A stretch of DNA of 64,000 bases from contig OX597827.1 of assembly GCA_951406725.2 (NCBI GenBank), forward strand, positions 69,316,001 through 69,380,000. The letters run 5' to 3'. Position numbers and translations under genes: made by a program. The notes below the pieces were generated by a model, which was not told the DNA's origin, searched no databases, and saw only the letters and a list, made by a program, of their open reading frames with translations. This DNA is from Octopus vulgaris (Eukaryota). Shown here piece after piece: positions 61,386-64,000 of this stretch (positions are counted from its first letter, which is position 1; every line of letters begins with the position of its first letter).

Positions 61386-61560
61386 GAGGTGCATGGTATT
61401 AGTGGTTAGGGTGGTGGACTCGTGATCATAAGATTGTGGTTTCAATTCCTGGATTGGTGACCTGTGCTCTTGAGCAAAGAACTTCATTTCATATTGCTCC
61501 TGACCACTCAGCTGGCAAAAATGAATAATATTGTAACAGACCAGCGTCCCATCCAGTGGA
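61386..61560 (+). mobile_element. Diverged tRNA-derived SINE (same family as 63400)
   Basis: ggaggtgcatgg..agtggttaggg..tttcaattcctgg..ccactcagctggcaaaaatga. Confidence 0.75.
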
Positions 61561-61885
61561 GTGTGTATATACAGGAAGTTAGCCCTATGAATCTCTATGA
61601 CTCAAGAAGGACCATTATCCTGTCCTATTTTATCCTATTCAAATGTATGTCTTTTTGCTCAGCATCTCTTTCATTACAAGACTAAATTATTTTAATGTTT
61701 GTGTATATGTTATTTTATAAATATATATAAACGTGTGTATTTTGGAACCTATATTAAGTCCCTACTATGGCATTTTATTGCCAGTATCCAGATGGTCCAC
61801 TGAAGCTTGCTTTGACTAAATTCTTTGATATTGGTGTGAAGTCTTGGTATACATGTAGCAGTTTACTAAACATACACTTATTCTT

Positions 61886-61920
<35 letters not shown>

Positions 61921-62110
61921 ACCTACCTATATAGTTCTCTCTCTCTCTATCTATCCATCTATCTATATAGTTCTCTCTCTCTCTTACATGCATGTTATTC
62001 TCCACAAGACTCTCTGTACAAGTGTACTGAACACATTTTGTTTCTTTATTAAGAAAAATAATATTGTCTAGACATCTAAACATACACACACTTGTGTATA
62101 TGTTCTTATG

Positions 62111-62344
62111 TACAAGGTAGGCCAAAAGTCACCTGACAATAAATCAACCTGCCATAAATACTATCTTTAATTCTGTATTGACTCAAATGGGGAAAATGTG
62201 TCACTCGAGAAGGACTTCAGTTTGAACAATTTTCACAATGTTTCATAGATGCTTTTATTAAATTCAATAATTTGTAAATCATAAATAAATCTTGGAATTA
62301 AATGGTTTTGATTTGCTGTCAGCTGTCTTTTGGCCAACCTTGTA
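62111..62344. mobile_element. Tc1/mariner-type MITE
   Basis: TA-CAAGGTAGGCCAAAAGTCACCTGACA ... TGTCAGCTGTCTTTTGGCCAACCTTG-TA. Confidence 0.85.
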
Positions 62345-62735
62345 TGTATACACACACACACACACACACATACATTCATACATAAATATCGAACAATGAT
62401 AATGAGTGCTCAACACCACGTTGGTGGATAAAATTTCTTTATTTGTGTATTAAGGCTACTATTGGTTTCATGTTAAGACAATATCTTAATATCTTAACAA
62501 ATTTTCAAGCCAATCACATGGCTTAGGCATTGTGATACTAATATAATAACCTGGTGTAAAACTCAATAAATGTATTCCTCTGAACAAAGCTTTAGTCGAG
62601 TACAGAGCAATAATAAGAAAAGAGATGACAAAGGAATTAACAATTAGCTAATTAAGTTCATAAGGTAACCACTTATTCCTTTATTATCTCTTTTCTGATA
62701 TATATATATATATCAAAATGTGACCGCGTGTGTAC

Positions 62736-62924
62736 CGTTGGCAATTTTTTTTCCTCTGTCTTCCCTTCTCTGGATCTTTCCTTCTATGTTTCCGACGAAG
62801 AGCTCCGCTCAAAATGTTAAACCCTCCTTCTTTCCTTCTTTCCTAAGCATCCAATTATACTGTATTTGTTCCACGTCCTCGCGTTGTTGTGTTTTTTTTT
62901 GTGCCTTCTTGTTTGGATTAACTA
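62736..62924 (+). mobile_element. Family B short repeat, second copy
   Basis: gttt-CCGACGA-AGAGC-tcc-GCTC-AAAAT-GTT-aaac. Confidence 0.7.
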
Positions 62925-63104
62925 TATATATATACACACACACACACACACATAAATACATACACACACTCATATATATGCAATTAAGATTCAGGTGAAT
63001 TAAGTACTTACATTGAGGCACCAAGCTCCAGTTTGGTATAATCTGTGCAGCTCTAAGTTAGGTGAACAAAATGTAAATAAGTAACAAGGATGTCCAGATA
63101 TCGA

Positions 63105-63192
63105 TGCATTACGGCCGTTTCGAGTGGCTGCATTTAATCGATCATTGAAAACATTACATCAATTTGAAAGAAACCACTCTCTTCAGACGTAA
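63105..63192 (-). ncRNA. Type I hammerhead ribozyme with long stem-loop II
   Basis: Reverse complement tacgt-CTGAAGA-GAGTGG-(46 nt)-CCACTC-GAAAC-ggcc-GTA-atgca. Confidence 0.7.
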
Positions 63193-63336
63193 ATGACCAT
63201 ATAGATTTCCAACATAAAGGATAAAGCATTTTAAACAAATTTATATAAATTCTAGAAACCAAAATAATTACTTTCTTTCCTCTTGTTATATTTGTGGCAG
63301 GATGAATTTAGAGAATAACACATATCTTATTAAGCC

Positions 63337-63377
<41 letters not shown>

Positions 63378-63399
63378 GTATGTATATATAATAAAATAA

Positions 63400-63646
63400 A
63401 TGTGCCCTTTTAAAGCCTACCCAGGTTCATGGGCCCGGTTTCCTGGTTTCAATGGGGTATGTGTTCCCCAGCTGGACGGGACGCCAGTCCATCGCAGCGT
63501 TACTCATTTTTGCCAGCTGAGTGGACTGGAGCCACATCAAATGAAGTGTTTTGCACAAGAACACAACGCGTCGCCCAGTCCAGGAATCGAAACCACAATT
63601 TTACGATCATGATGCTGACACCCTAACCACTAAGCCATGCGCCTCC
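63400..63646 (-). mobile_element. tRNA-derived SINE
   Basis: Reverse complement ggaggcgcatggcttagtggttaggg..ggtttcgattcctgg..tccagtccactcagctggc. Confidence 0.85.
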
Positions 63647-63827
63647 ACACTGTGTATATATAATGTATGTATATATAATGTATGTATGTATATATAATGT
63701 ATGTATGTATATATAATGCATGTGTATATATAATGCATGTATATATAATGCATGTATATATATAATGCATGTAAGTATATATAATACATGTAAGCATATA
63801 TAATGCATGTATACATAATGTACGTAC

Positions 63828-63889
<62 letters not shown>

Positions 63890-63903
63890 TATATATATAT
63901 GTG

Positions 63904-63971
<68 letters not shown>

Positions 63972-64000
63972 GTATGTATACACACACACACATATATATC

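Overview
This is eukaryotic, gene-poor, very AT- and microsatellite-rich DNA. The SINE repertoire and (TA)n/(TATG)n/(TATC)n density suggest an octopus or other cephalopod genome (inference). I see no host protein-coding gene; nearly all listed ORFs are YI/HT/CV microsatellite artefacts. Real content: a decayed mariner transposon with a nested SINE dimer; three 5'-truncated CR1/Jockey-group LINEs, one with an open RT frame; RTE and Penelope (GIY-YIG) remnants; many tRNA-derived SINEs; two non-autonomous Helitrons; piggyBac-like and Tc1-like MITEs; several long foldbacks; and a 2.9-kb duplication across a 100-N gap. The most notable signal is at RNA level. A type I hammerhead ribozyme with an intact catalytic core sits in a 352-bp unit present as about 1.3 direct copies between (TA)n tracts (33509-33965), the layout expected of a non-LTR retrozyme. 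There is also a second intact-core hammerhead (63105-63192, minus strand) and about ten copies of short TA-flanked repeats carrying minimal hammerhead folds, most with variant cores (CUGUnGA, CCGAnGA). All calls are by eye and coordinates are approximate.
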